From Octopus vulgaris (Eukaryota): DNA of 64,000 bases. The notes under the pieces are model-generated. The model was not told the DNA's origin, searched no databases, and saw nothing but the letters and a program-made list of their open reading frames with translations. Made by a program: the position numbers and the translations under genes. The stretch covers positions 45,694,001 to 45,758,000 of the forward strand of contig OX597834.1 of the NCBI GenBank assembly GCA_951406725.2, given 5' to 3'. Shown in pieces: positions 1 to 14,713 of the stretch. Position 1 is the stretch's first letter; every line of letters begins with the position of its first letter.

Positions 1-126
1 GCCCCCAGTACGCAACTGGTACTTAATTCATCCACCTCGAAAGTATGAAAGGCAAAGTTGACCTCGGCAGAATTAGAACTCACAACGTAAAGACAGACGA
101 AATACCCATTTCTTTACTAGCCACAT
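1..126 (-). mobile_element. SINE family B fragment (Nin/Deu-domain-like)
   Basis: Reverse complement contains GAGGTCAACTTTGCCTTTCAT...AATTAAGTACCAGTTG; near-identical blocks at 7895-8020. Confidence 0.75.
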
Positions 127-294
127 TTTGTATTTCGTGGATCTATCTCGCTAATATTGCTTTAATGTTATGCAAGTTGGTGACCCGTTTCAGGATATAG
201 CTGCGTTATATACATATACGTACATATTATATATATATAATGTTGGGGGGACAAACAGAGACACACAAACATATGCATGCACACACACACACAC

Positions 295-367
<73 letters not shown>

Positions 368-379
368 CATATATATATA

Positions 380-760
380 GGCGCAGGCGTGGCTGTCTGT
401 TAGGTAGAATGCTTACCTACCACATGGTTCCGGGTTCAGTATCACTGCATGGCATCTTGGGCAAGTGACTTCTACTATAGCTTCGAGCCGACCAAAGCCT
501 TGTGTGTGGATTTGGTAGGCAGAAACTGAAAGAAGCCCATCGTATATATGTATATGTATATAGGTGTGTGTGTTTCTGTGTCTGCGTTTGTCCCCCCAAC
601 ATGGCGGTGTGTTTACGTCCCTGTAACTTAGCGCTTCGGCATAAGAGACCGATAGAATAAGTACTACGCTTACAAAGAATAAGGTCTGGGGTCGATTTTC
701 TCGACTAAAGGCTGTTCTCCAGCATAGCCGCAGTCAAATGACTGAAACAAATAAAAGAAT
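380..760 (+). mobile_element. SINE family A, near full length (tRNA-derived head, internal microsatellite, LINE-like tail)
   Basis: Head GGCGCAGGCGTGGCTG..GGTTCAGT (B-box-like), CORE-like CTTGGGCAAGTG, tail CCAGCATAGCCGCAGTCAAATGACTGAAACAAATAAAAGAAT; more than 10 related copies in the window. Confidence 0.88.
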
Positions 761-1221
761 ATATATATGAGTAGTGTGTGTGAGAGAGTGGGAGAGAGTT
801 TGTGTACTTTGCAGAATTTTACTATCTGCATTGTGGCGTGTACAGAAGAGAATATATTTCTTTCTTTCGTGAACAGAAATCAAAAGAGAATGTTCGGATA
901 CTTTTCATAGTTAACTAGCGGCTCTCCATTGGATGACTACTTGTACCTTCTTTGATTACGAAATCATAGCAATTACTATTTGAATCACACATGCACTAAT
1001 TCTTAGCTTAAATAGCTAGATTAATTTGCATATGGTGATTTCGTAAAGAGTGTGTTTGATTTCTTAATAAATATTTTTCTGCACGAGCAGTGTAAAGTAG
1101 AATATCTTGGATAAATTGAATTTTGTTAGACTACAGTAAACAACACCTACAGAAATTATTCAAATGTGAATGCATCGTGTTATTCCCCACGCCCACCCCA
1201 ATAGCTTTCTTCTTTCATTTA

Positions 1222-1488
1222 AATAATAATAATAATAATGAAATTATTGTACACAGTTCTCAGGTGCACTACAACTTGTCAAAGTGCATATAAAGCATAT
1301 GCAGTAATGTACAAATGTCTGCAAAGTGAACAGTGTATGAGTCAGATAGATGCTTGCGTGTGTATGGAGGAGAGAAAATCAGGTGTATCGTTGGTGAATC
1401 TCAGGAAGCATGGAAGTTTTGAAGGATGCAGTGCTCCGACAACTAACACCTGATGCCGGCAGTTTGTTCCATGCTTCAGCAATTCTCG
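1222..1488 (-). mobile_element. CR1-type LINE 3' end with (ATT)n tail
   Basis: Minus strand reads RIAEAWNKLPASGVSCRSTASFKTS, the CR1 ORF2 C-terminal WNxLP..FK motif, followed by a UTR and tandem ATT. Confidence 0.75.
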
Positions 1489-2038
1489 TATAATTCAATC
1501 GCAGTGATCAACTGTTTTAAATTGCTTACGCCGCATAGAAGAACCTAAATTCATTTAATATTATGTTAAAGACTTTTGCATTTGATACCAAGAATTCGTA
1601 AGCTTGGAATCTGTCACTTAACGTTGGATTGAAAATCTAAAGATCTCTGTTTCAATCTCAAACATCGACATTCTGTGGATGGTTTGGTTTCCTTACAGGC
1701 GCAAGCAAGTTTCTGTGGATAAGAAGTTTATTGTGCAACTACGCGGTACTGAGTTCAGCTCCACCGCACAGCACCATCGCAAAAGCCTTCTGAGTGAATT
1801 TAGTAGACAGAAACTGTGTGGAAGCCCATCGTGTATGTGTGTGTGTGTTTGTGTGAGTGAGTGCTTGCGTATGTGTTTCTGCTCTTATTTGTCCACTATA
1901 TCCGCTGCTTCACATTTGGTGTTGTATGTTTGCATCCGGAAAAAGAGCGATATACATACATACAAGCATACACACACACATATATATATATATAAATATA
2001 TGTATGTATATATGTATGTATGTATGTATGTATATATG

Positions 2039-2069
<31 letters not shown>

Positions 2070-2074
2070 GTGTG

Positions 2075-2122
<48 letters not shown>

Positions 2123-2123
<1 letters not shown>

Positions 2124-3409
2124 GAGGGACGTTCAATAAGTAATGCCTCTGACCCACTTGCAGTTGTTTGATCTAGCTGAAATTTTGCATGAGCAATCAT
2201 TTATATCTCTATAGAGTAAGTGGCAAATTACACCTCTGAAGTTATTGTGGTTTCTGATTTACAGGTGATTGGACCGAGTCAAGTGTGAAATGGAGCCTGT
2301 TGAGTGTCGAGCAGTGATGCGGTTTTTGTATTTGAAAGGACGCACACCACGGGAGACTTTTGATGAAATGAAAGTAACTTATGGTGATGATGCCCCATCA
2401 TATGACCTTGTAAAACGCTGGCATCGTGAATTCAAACATGGTCGGAACTCTGTGGAAACAGCTCCCAGATCTGGTCGCCCCCTTCTGCCATTGATGAGGC
2501 ATCTGTCCGTCAAGTTGAGGCTGCCATTTTGGAAGATCGACGCATAATTATTCGCCAAATAGCCCATGATGTCAAGATTAGTACTGGGTCTGTGGAAACT
2601 ATCATTCATGACCATTTGCATATGCAAAAGGTGTCTTCCAGATGGATTCCCAGGTTGATCACGCCTTTCCAGAAGCGAGAACGCGTCGAGTGCTCGAGGG
2701 TGAACTTGGAGATGTGCCAAGAAGATGAGTCAACATTTTTCAAAAGACTGATTACACAGGATGAAACCTGGGTCCATCACGATGATCCAGAGACCAAAAC
2801 CCAGTCAATGTAGTGGTAGCACCGTGACTCACCTCCAAAGAAGGCAAGGGTGCAGCCCTCCGCTGGCAAGGTCATGCTCACGGTCTTCTGGGACCAGGAC
2901 GGAGTAGTGATGACAGATTTCCTGGCAAAGGGTACCACAATTGCAGGAGCCTATTATGCTTCACTTTTGAGGAAATTAAGAGAAGTTATCAAAATCAAGA
3001 GGCGGGGCAAGATCAGCAAAGGCATCCTCCTCCTGCAGGACAACGCTCCGGTCCACAACTCGCGTGTCGCCAGATCAGAAGCACAGGCGTATGGCTATGA
3101 ACTCCTCCCCATCCCCCCTACTTTTCTGACCTTGCACTCTCTGATTTTCACCTCTTCCCAATCATGAAGTTGTTTTTGAAAGGAAAGCGTTTCCCAGATG
3201 ATGCAGCCTTGATTTCTGAAGTCACGTTGAGGTTGGAGGACCAAGCTGGGTTATTCTACAAAAACGGTCTCCAGAGCCGCATCAAACGATGGGAGAAATG
3301 CGTAACTCTGGGTGGTTCCTATGTAGAAAAAGACTAATAACTGTGCCAAGTTTTGTTGCTCTACTGCTATGGGAAGTGGGTCAGGGGCATTACTTATTGA
3401 ACGCCCCTC

Positions 3410-3410
<1 letters not shown>
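2123..3410 (+). mobile_element. Full-length mariner DNA transposon (1288 bp)
   Basis: 37 bp TIRs at 2123-2159 and 3374-3410 (CGAGGG[A/G]CGTTCAATAAGTAATGCC[T/C]CTGACCCACTT, 2 mismatches); (TA)n on both sides; internal transposase. Confidence 0.96.
2290..3337 (+). pseudogene. Mariner DD34D transposase, disrupted
   Basis: HTH region, WIPRL, TQDETW, LLQDNA and HPPYFSDLALSDFHLF (YSPDLAPSD-like) motifs; frameshifts near 2490 and 3110 and stops near 2811-2819. Confidence 0.93.
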
Positions 3411-3469
<59 letters not shown>

Positions 3470-5269
3470 GATTTCTTCCAGTAAAAACCTTGAAGGCCCT
3501 GCCCCCAGCAACACTGCTTTGCAATAACTGAAATATGTATAAGCTAAAAGAGAAGATAAATGATTATTCTACATGCATCGCTAGCTGATTTGTTCCAGAA
3601 CCTTCTATGGATAAAGAAAAAGCAGTTCAATACACACTTTGATGTTATTATGAATTCGAAAGTTTCAACGGAGAAATATCGACATTATCGGCTTTCAACT
3701 TACTTAACCACCTACACATGAAATTTCCCTACATTCTTGACAAAAATAAATACAGATATTGGTCTTTTGTTAAATCAACATGAACTCAACACTTTACGAA
3801 AGATAAGTTAACGAAAGACAATCATACATTTTTATAAATCGTGAATTAATCAAACACTTGAGTCAAGCTTATTTATTATTCACGTCTTAGTTGTAACACA
3901 GAAGCTCAGAAGAAGATGCTTCTTTATCTCTTTACATAAAACTTAGTCTTTGTAATATATATATATATACAAATTTCTATATTCCTTTCATAATATTAGA
4001 AGCGATTTAGTTTTATAATATTTCAAAGATATTTCGAATCACTCTCCCGATAGATATACTTTCGTAAATGCTTCATAGGATTAAATGTAGCATGAAGGAA
4101 ATTCACTGTACATTTACAATATATTTGAATAAAAAACTTACGTCAATAACTCAGAACAATATGTCATTTTGGTTAAAGTTTAGTCTCAATCAAGAAGCAT
4201 CTCTTCTTGCAGATATCGTTTGAAACTGAACACAAAGATATATGCTCCAAGTAATAAAGATCACAAGTTTATTAATAGATGCATTAAAAATCTTCTTATT
4301 CAAGCAAACCATTTTCTCTTCTCACTTGGCTCTTCAACTCTATAAATATACTCGCCCCCAAATATCTATAATCAACTATAATTCCATTTCTAAGGAAAAT
4401 CAATCAGACTGCTGTATCAAATACACAGCCCACAGCAATGCTTAGTGTGGGTACGAAGCGAAATCGCTAAAAATCACCATTTTTATTATTGTTATTTTAG
4501 AAAAATTCTGTAAATTTATATAATGGCCACACAATCAGGGTTGTGATAAAGTATTATAATCGCTTTACGCATTTACTTTGGCCTACATTATGAATAGGGG
4601 TTTTAGGAATAATTGTTCCTACCCAGCCCGTGAGATATGGTTTGTGCCCCAAGCCCATCCATAAATCTACAGGTGCTTGACGCTTATGACTTACATTGTT
4701 AAAGTCAACTCAGTATCGAAATGGTAAATGGATTAACAACAAATTCATTTAAAACCTGTGATTTCTCACACCAGTATATCTTACAGCAAAAAACGACTTA
4801 ATTTGTTGTCCCATGATCCGAATTTAACTGGAATGTAAAACAGAGTAGTATGAAATATTCAATCAAATGGTAATTCTTTTGTTACATCAAAACCTGTTCT
4901 CACTTCACCATTCAACATTATACATCTGCAAAAAACTACAGATATCATTATAGAACAGTAAATTTGGATGGTCTCTCCAGCACTTATAAGCATTGAAAAT
5001 CACTCATGCATTTCAAACGCTTAGAGTAACTTTACTTTGAAGGCTTTATAAGCATTTCTCTCCTATGATAACGCTATATCAACAAAACATATTTTCCTAT
5101 AATTATACGATTAAAGGATATATTTCAAGTAAAGCAACTATTTTTCCAATTTATAGAGCTTTGAATTATAACTTTACCCCCAACGGATCATAAACATTTT
5201 AGTTTTTAACTAATCGTATCCCCTGTCAATACACACTTCTCACCGTTCTAATATTTTCGTCTCTGCTAT

Positions 5270-5378
5270 ACTTAAGGCAGTTTTAACATTGTAGACGACA
5301 CTTGCCCAAGGTTGCCCGCAGTGGGACTGAACCCGGTACTATATCATTAAGAAGCAAGCTTCTCACAACACAGCTACG
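5270..5378 (-). mobile_element. SINE A head fragment
   Basis: AGACGACACTTGCCCAAGG..CAGTGGGACTGAACCCGG is the reverse complement of the family A head. Confidence 0.75.
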
Positions 5379-5435
5379 ATATATACATAGGTAGCACACA
5401 CATATTTATATATATTGTGTGTTTCATATATACAT

Positions 5436-5468
<33 letters not shown>

Positions 5469-5537
5469 CACATATAAACGTATTTATGTATATATATATA
5501 TATCTGTATATATGAATCATATACGCACAACCCCCTC

Positions 5538-5583
<46 letters not shown>

Positions 5584-5861
5584 GACCTCGAACCCACAAG
5601 AGTAAACAAGAGAGACAGAGACAGGCAGAAACAAGGAAAATGCTATACTATGTAAATATTCATTTAAAATCTTTTCTATTAATTTTCCCAAAATTTAATT
5701 TTTTTCCATTCTTACAGTTGAAAAAGTCTGGATGACTCAAACCGGTAGTGAAATGTTTTTCATAAAATGATTTTAGCATTTTTATATTGACACTTTTTTT
5801 CCACATACACACACACAAATATACACACATATACACACACACATACACACAAACACACACA

Positions 5862-5909
<48 letters not shown>

Positions 5910-6808
5910 TTTGAATAATAATCTGTTGTCAATACATGTTTTTGCGTCATGTTTCATTCACAACGGACACGCAAGAATCCCGAATATAAGTCAATCGCAT
6001 ACGACTGCGTTGCTGTACAGTCGGACGGAACCTGAAGCGATATTTGCTTGAAACTAAATTCGAAATTCCTAACCGTACAACCAAGGCTCAATAGATCAAT
6101 CACCATACCTGTTTTGTTGAGAATGTTCTATCAGGGTTGATATGAGGTTGGCAATTGTGGACTAAACAACTACAACCACAACAAAATCGATAAGAAGGGC
6201 TACAACGACAAAGATAACAACGGCAACAACAATAACAACTACAAGGACCCAGCTACTTTTCTGACCGAATAAAATCTACCCTCCACTCCTAAAAGAATAT
6301 AATTTCCTTTGTACATCTATGTCACGTGTGAAATTGGGAGATGACTGAAGTTTCCAAGTCTTTTATATATCATTACAATACGGTTTTATTGTCACTAAAC
6401 GATAGGAGAGGCAATAAAATGTGGTTACTGGATGCTATTAAACACAGAAAATAACATTTCAATGTAGCCTTTGAAGTGTATAGTATGATACGATAAAGGA
6501 TATTTGAAAGGGGCCTTTTATACTTTGAAACAGGATTAAGTCCTTAGTTATTACATAGAATTAGATGAATATAATATATATTTTTTCTATTTGTTTTCAT
6601 CTTATATATTTTTTGGGGCTGATTAACTTAATAGATTTATATATATTTTTTCTCTTTCTTCATAGTACGCAGAGAATATTGTGTTTTACCAAAATATATT
6701 TCTGTTGATATAGACCTAGATAGATACATAGATGTATGTATGTTTGTAGGTATGTATGTAAGTATGTATGTACGTATGTACGTATGCATTATGGATAGAC
6801 AAGTATGC

Positions 6809-6871
<63 letters not shown>

Positions 6872-7839
6872 TGTAAGTATACACTTTGCATTTTGTATTT
6901 TATTACCTGTTGGTTGTTTATTATATAGTTTTTTCTTTGTGTTTTTTTGTGTTTTTTTCTGCTTGAAATTTTTTTATTCCTTTACAGTTATCCAATCCAA
7001 ATACAAAGATTTGCTTCTTGATTCAATAACGAGATTCAAAAGAAAATAAATAAATAAATAAATAAACGAAAAGAACGAATTACGTGAATCTGACCCGAAT
7101 GTAAATAACAAAAATAGCAAAATAAATAAAAGAAATAAAACAGTTGATTGTTATAAGAATATAGAATTAGCAAAAAAAAAAAAAAAATAGAAAATCGAAA
7201 AAAAAAAGAAACAGCATTTTCTTTCTTCAAGCTTGCAGAATAGAGATAGGAGATAAAATACATATAACGAAGTCAAAAAAATAAACGAAGAAAAAAAAGA
7301 GAAAAAAACAGTACGGAAGAAGATTTGATAGACTTGAGAAAAATAATCGTATACTCTGTAGGTCTAGTAAAAAGAAAACAGCGAATATGTGGTTTGTTTT
7401 TGTTTTATTTTTGTTTGCTTTCTTTTAGTTCTTTTTTTTTAATTTGAAACTATAGAATTTTTCGTAATGCACCAAAATTCTGTTATGGCTATTCACACTC
7501 TGATATGCTCAATCTCTTTCTTATGGTTGCGACGAATGTACGGAAGATTCCAACTGATTTATACGTACGAGTTATTTGAGTTCTATTGTGTGCAGCACTG
7601 CAAGGATGAATGGTGATGGTGAAGTCGATGGCAGCGGCAGCGTTGGAGCCAGTGTTGGTGTAGGTGGTGGTATAAAGGTGGAGAGGAATCATATGGATTA
7701 GTTTTTACAACCGACCTGGGAAAGCGTGCTTTTAATGTTATGAAATTCACTGCGCAATCACGTGTTTTCGGGTTGCTTCACACTACAGAACATCCAAAAT
7801 ACACAGGTTTTCTAGTTGCTGTAAAATTTAGACAAACTT

Positions 7840-8135
7840 CTTTTCTACTCTAAGTACAAGGTCCGAAATTTTTGGAGAGAGGAGCCAGCAGATTAGATCG
7901 ACCTAAGTACGCAACTGGTACTTAATTTATCGAATTCGAAAGGATGAAAGGCAAAATCAACCTCGGCAGAATTTGAACTCAGACCATAAAGACAGACGAA
8001 ATACCTATTTCTTTACTACCCACGAGGGGCTAAACAAAGAGAGGACAAACAAGGGCGGACAAACGGATTAAGTCGATTATATCGACCCCAATGCGTAACT
8101 GGTACTTATTTAATCGATGCCGAAATGATGAAAAG
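7840..8135 (-). mobile_element. SINE B, two tandem partial units
   Basis: AACTGGTACTTA.TT.ATCGA..CGAAA.GATGAAA occurs twice (about 7913 and 8097); matches 1-126. Confidence 0.8.
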
Positions 8136-10470
8136 CCCGCTTCAAAGTGACTTTGAAATTTCAACCTCTTAGCTTTCGTCAGGCTATATATTCGTACGCA
8201 AGTGAGTGTATCTATATGAATATTTGTGTGTGTGTGTGTGCGTGTGCTTGTGTTTCTGCGCGCCTGTGTATATGCACTTATAAACAGGTCAAACGTCGTC
8301 AATGTTTTGCAAATTTTGACTGCACTCTTGACGGTGTTTTGCAATAACATCTCGAATACCTGGAATAGACGTATAATAGGAATAGTAAGGGAGCAGGATA
8401 TTTCCTTGAAATCATACCTTGTTCCCTTGCAAATTAAAATACATAATGTCTAATAAATCGTCCAATGGGCGCTGAACAGACACCATCAAAAATATGACTT
8501 TAATATTTATTCTCGATACATTCTGCCAGCTTCAAATGTGAACTTACTCACTATGGACGTGTTTTATCACTGAACAAATTCCCCTTCAGGATGAAGACGC
8601 ATTTGTAGCACACTCGATTGATTAACAAAAGGGGACTCTGGAGTAATCGATGGTTTCAATTGTAGTGCCAGCCAGAGGCATCTTTGCAATACTGAATGTT
8701 ACGAATGTGCAATTTTTTTTTTTACTGGTTTTAGCCCAGAGCCGAGGTCATGGTGGTGCACCACCTGTGACTTTTTTACAATTTCAGCAAAAAGTCTATT
8801 TGCTGATTAGCAGATATGTCTGCCAGCCGATAACATATCGTCACACAAACAATGACGGCTGGAATCACAACGATAAATTTATTAAACCACTTATTCACTC
8901 TTATTCTTTTTACTTGGCATACTTAGTATACGATTATTTTTCTCAAGTCTATCAAATTTTCTCCCGTGCTGTTTTTACTTTTATTTGTCTTTGGTTATTT
9001 CTTTTTTGGACTTCATTATATGTACTTTATCTGCTATCACTATTATGTAAGCTTGGCGAAAGAAAATGCTGTTTCTTTTCTGAGCTTTTTTTTTTTTCGA
9101 TTTTTCATAAAGGCGCTGATCTAGCATGGCCGCAGTCAAATGACTGAAACAAATAAAAGAATATATATTTATAATATGTTTCGGCATATTCGAACATGAA
9201 TATGCTATTCGCTGTTGCATTTCGTTACCGGAGAACAACATCTTTACGACAAACCTTATGCTCTTAACACACAATTTATTAACGCAAAGGACTCTGGGAA
9301 GACAGGTGTGTCGGCATCGCTGAATGAAAAGCGATTCTGAGGAGCGATTCTAAGGAAAATATCTTAAAATTCTAGATTTGCACGTTCTTGACATTCTTTC
9401 GAAACAAACAAATTTAACGAGAATTTTCTTAATAAGTTCAGAGATCAAATTGGATTTAGCTTTCGAGTATCGTTCTTCCTTCAATTTGGCTTTCGTTCAA
9501 AGTGTGACACGATGCAATTAACGTCTAACGCGCCTCAGTCCATTCTCGCATTAATTAACGTCTCATGTGACAAAGACGGACACAGACAACCAGGTAGATA
9601 TATTTCTGTAATACAAAGCAAGCATCAAGCCATGTCTATCGCACTACGTTCTTCTATGATTGTCTATCTCTATAGATGAAGGCATTGCCTGACTAATTAA
9701 AGATCATTCTTTTGTGACGGCATATGTGGCTAAAACTAAGGTCGGTGTGCGGTTACTTATAAATGAGATATTTGTGTCTCGGACGAAGAATACAAGATAT
9801 GCATATATATATACATACACAAACACTCACACACTCACATATTTGTATGTATATATGTATGCATATGCATATATACATGTATTTATACATATATATATAC
9901 ACAGACTTAAGTATTTATATATACATACTGTTGCATCTATATATATATTATATTCATAAGCACATACCCAGGCATACATATAGAGATAGACATATACATA
10001 AGTGTGTGTGTGTAAATGTCTATTTATATATGTACGTACACATACATGCAGGTTCACACACGCACAAACACAAACACACAGACACACACACACACAGATA
10101 CACACACATATCTATAGATGTATGTGGGTAGGTATGTATATTAAAACCATGATAACTAAGGAATAATTACTTGCAGGAAATGTATTAGTCGGTTGTTCCA
10201 AGATATTAATATATATGAATGAGAATTAATTAGCAGATTTTAATTAAAATTCATTAGACTCAATATAACTGTCGACTCTACTTCCAATGCAATAATTGAA
10301 AATTCTAAAGTTATTTTCGCATTGAGATTCTATTAAAGGAACACAAAGTTTCGGTTTTCTTTAAATTTGGATTCTTGAGAGAAAGGCGATGGATAAATGT
10401 AGTCGTGACGATACAAGATTAAAGCTTTTACGCTCGATTAATGAATTTCGATATACGACATTAATGTGCG

Positions 10471-10540
<70 letters not shown>

Positions 10541-10543
10541 ATG

Positions 10544-10641
<98 letters not shown>

Positions 10642-11248
10642 CATTCATAAAACAGATATATAGACAATTTACTGTGTGTCTCGCTGTCGTACCGTCGTTG
10701 CTTGTCGCTTTCCCTCTTTATATACGTAGTTTATATATGTATATATATATATATATATAAAACTCGGTATGCATATATACAAAGACGTGTGCGTTTATCT
10801 GCCTGTCTCTCGTACTCCTTTCTTCTCGCTTTCCCTTGTGAATGTAATGTCTATGTATGCACACACAAAAGAAATCTAATTTTCAGGAAATAAATCTATA
10901 TTTTGTTAACCTTCATCAAATGCACAACGCATTCGTGAATATTTCGCCTGAGCTGATAAAATCACATGCTTGACAGGAACAATGAAGAACGGAGGAAGAA
11001 CACAGGAAATGAATAAAAGGAATTTCTGGAAGGTTTCACTCTTTTAGATGGAACCAGTCACAGACAACCTAGTGCCTTTCCACGCCCTAATAATGCATTT
11101 ATAGTCAAAATCATTACAAGCTCTATTGAGTCGAATAAACTGATTTGCATAAATGTTGCACTCTTGTAATATCGCTGGAATAATTAATGAAAGACATGGC
11201 TGGAATTTTAGTTTTTTGTATCATTTTATGCTACAGAATGCACGCATA

Positions 11249-11710
11249 GGCGCAGGCGTGGTTGTGTGGTAAGAAGCTTTTTTTTTTAACCACATGATCC
11301 GGGTTCAGTCCCTTTGCATAGCACCTTACTAAGTGTCCTCTACTATAGAATCGAAGCGACCAAACTCTTGTTAGTGGATTTAACAGACGGAAACTGAAAG
11401 AAGCCTGTGGTAGATATAAAAACATATATATATGTGTGTGTGTGTGTCTGAAGGTGTGTGTGTGTGTGCGTGTGTATGTGTGTGTGTATCTACGTTTGTG
11501 TGTGTCATTGCAACGGCGTTCGTCCCTTGACAACTGGTGTTGGTGTGTTTACATTCCCATAACTTAACAGTTCGGCAAAAGATACCTATAGAATAAGTAC
11601 TAGACCTTATTTAAAAAATAAGACCTGGGGTCAATTTGTTCAACTAAAGCCCTTCGAGGCAGTACTCCAGCATGGCCGCAGTCAAATGACTGAAACTAGT
11701 GAAAGAATAG
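11249..11710 (+). mobile_element. SINE A, full length
   Basis: Head GGCGCAGGCGTGGTTGTGTGGTAAGAAGC through tail CAGCATGGCCGCAGTCAAATGACTGAAAC. Confidence 0.88.
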
Positions 11711-12013
11711 AAAATGTGCACATAATTTAATTTCCCAATCACACGGCAATGAAGGCACGTGTCTGGTCGTTGAATTTGGTTTTCTTAATTACACGATCCT
11801 GGTTTCTGTAGTGGTTAAGGTGTTGCAATCTCAATCGCAAGGTCGTGGTTTCGATTCCTGTATCAGAAATATTGAGCAAATATTTTTCATTTCACGTTAC
11901 GCCAGTCCACTCGGCTGTAAACGGGTACCGTTCAAAAATTATGTTGTAATCTCAGTGACTCATACGCCATGGAAACTGACTAGGCGGCGCTGTGGGTCCT
12001 AAACATCATCGTA

Positions 12014-12160
12014 ATGATCGCCGTCGCCGTCGTCGATAATGTTATCATCACTTCATTGTCTTTTCTTCATCATCATCATCATCATCATCTCCACCATCAT
12101 CGTCATCATCTTCATCACTATCGTCATGGTCGGCATCGTTGTCGTCGTCTTCGTCTTCAT
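12014..12160. repeat. (CAT/CGT)n trinucleotide repeat
   Basis: Visible tandem CAT/CGT. Confidence 0.85.
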
Positions 12161-12369
12161 TTATCGCCATTATTTCTATGTTCGTCTCCATCATTTTCAC
12201 CTGCATCAGTCATGGCTACACCATACAAGAACCAAATAAAAAAAAACGAGAAAATAAAGTTGTGCCCCACCCTTCCCCCTCCGACTCACCCCTTTCACTG
12301 ACTCCCACCATCTTTATTCACACCATTTACTCATTTCGGCTCTCCCTAAATATTAACATATTTCCACAC

Positions 12370-12619
12370 ACTGTATCTCTCTCTCTCTCTCTCTCTATTT
12401 CTTTCTTTCTCTTTCTGTCGCTCTCTACCTATACATTTATCTATCTATCTCTGTCTCTCTCTTCCTTTTGTCTCCCTCCTCCTCCCTCTCCTTATCTCTC
12501 TCTCTCAGTCACACCCTCTCTCTCTCACTCTCACAATTTCTCCATTTTTTCCATATCATGTGCTGTTGTCTATATCAGTCTGTCTCTGTAACTTATTTCA
12601 CCTCTCTCCCTCCCTCTCT

Positions 12620-12666
<47 letters not shown>

Positions 12667-12983
12667 CTCAATCTCTCACTCCCGCATCCACTTCTGTTCT
12701 CGCACCGTCTACTCACGTATTTCCCACTCTCTTCCTCTCATTCTCTCTCTCTGTCTCCCTCTCACTTTATATCTCATTCTTTCTCCATTCACTATACCTC
12801 TGCATCTACCTCTTCTTTTCTCCGCTCTTTAATCACATCACTCCCTCTCTCTTTCTCACTCTCCCTCTCTCTCTCTCTCTGTTTCTCTATCTCCATCTCT
12901 CCCTCGCTCTCTGCTCCTCGACTTTATCTTTTCTACCACACTTTATCTACAACTTTCTCTCCGCCTTTCTCTGTATTTGGCTA

Positions 12984-13021
<38 letters not shown>

Positions 13022-13211
13022 CCCTTATCCCTCACTCTCTCTCTCTCTCTCTCTCCTCTTCTTACCATTCTTCATTCTACTACATCTGTCTCTCACTTTC
13101 TCTACGAATTATTTTCCATTCTTCCCGTTACTCTCTCTTACTTTCGCTCCTCTTATCATTTTCACTTACTCTTGCTTTCGCTATCTTTCTCTCACTCGCT
13201 CTATCATTCGT

Positions 13212-13255
<44 letters not shown>
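12370..13255. repeat. Degenerate (CT)n polypyrimidine tract, about 0.9 kb
   Basis: Strong C/T bias on + with several pure CT runs. Confidence 0.9.
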
Positions 13256-13257
<2 letters not shown>

Positions 13258-14024
13258 TTGCACTTATCTAGCAACATTTATCTACCACATCACTTCTCTC
13301 AAACTAACCGTAGATAAAACCGCATTATCAACTCCACCCCCGATCGTCACAATTCTTCGAATCACAACACGATATAAAATTGGTGACACGTCTAAGAACA
13401 GGTCAAATTATATGTAGGCCTGTCTGTTGTCTGACTGTCTGTCTGTCTGTATGTATGAATGTATGTATGTTTGTACATATGCATGTGTATATATATATGT
13501 GTATGTGTGTGCGTGTGCGTGTGTGTGAGTGTGTACATACATATTTACACACACACACACACATATATATATATACACATGCATATGCATACATATGTAC
13601 ATGCACATACATAAACATATATTTATATATATATTGGAATACATACGTATATCTATATATCTACCTGTATGCGTGTGTGTATGTGTGTGTCTACATATAT
13701 ACGCAGATGTATGCGTTAAATCTTCGTTTTATGTTCATTTATGATAAAATCATTTTCATGTTTTTTTTCTTTTATTCCTTGTTTAACAGGACGATTATTT
13801 ATTGTGCCTTCGAAGAGTCGGTCAGTTGAGCCATCAAAAGCTGACCGAAACTTCCAAACACTGCCAGGACTATTCATGTTAAGGAACTCTTTGTGTGTGT
13901 GTGTGTGTATTAGGGGTTGCAATGTTTTAGCAACTCTATAGTACTGGAACATATTCTGATGAGCCTTTTCTAAAAAACAATGAAAATGAATGTTTTATCT
14001 TTGTATTTGATCAAAATAGTTCAC

Positions 14025-14172
14025 TGTGGTAAGTAGCTTGCTTACGAACCACATGGTTCCGGGTTCAGTCCCACTGCGTGACACCTTGGGCAAGTGTCCT
14101 CTACTATATCCTCAGACCGACCAAAGCCTTCTAAGTGGATTTGGTAAACGGAAACTGAAAAGAAGCCCGACG

Positions 14173-14260
<88 letters not shown>

Positions 14261-14514
14261 TATATAGACATATATATATGTATGTATGTATGTATGTATA
14301 TGTTTGTGTGTCAGTGTTTGTCCTCCAGCATAACTTGACAACTGATGCTGCCGTGTTTACGTCCCCCATAACTTAGTGATTCGGCACAAGAGACCGATAG
14401 AATAAGTACTAGGCTTACACAGAATAAGTCCTGGGGTCGATTTGCTCGACTAAAAGGCAGTGCTCCAGCATGGCCACAGTCAAATGGCTGAAACAAGTAA
14501 TAGAATAAAAGAAT
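14025..14514 (+). mobile_element. SINE A, near full length
   Basis: Close match to the other family A copies, with an expanded internal TA/CA array. Confidence 0.9.
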
Positions 14515-14713
14515 ATGTGTAACTTTGAAATTTTTTATCCTCGTTTAGATTTTGGAGTTCGCAATTCTAGAAACCTGGCATTGAATAATAAACAAAAACG
14601 CGGGGAAAGGTTCTAAAACGTTTAATCCATAACTGTTAAAAGAACCAAATTCTGTATTCCAGAGCAATAAAAAGAAGGTAAGTCATGTAAAGCCAAATTA
14701 ATCAATCGTCAAG

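Noticed and set aside
11188-11199. 12 nt match to miR-71 (TGAAAGACATGG)
   Set aside because: The remainder does not match and no hairpin is visible.
12139-13417. Leu/Ser-rich ORFs resembling membrane proteins
   Set aside because: Translation of the CT tract.
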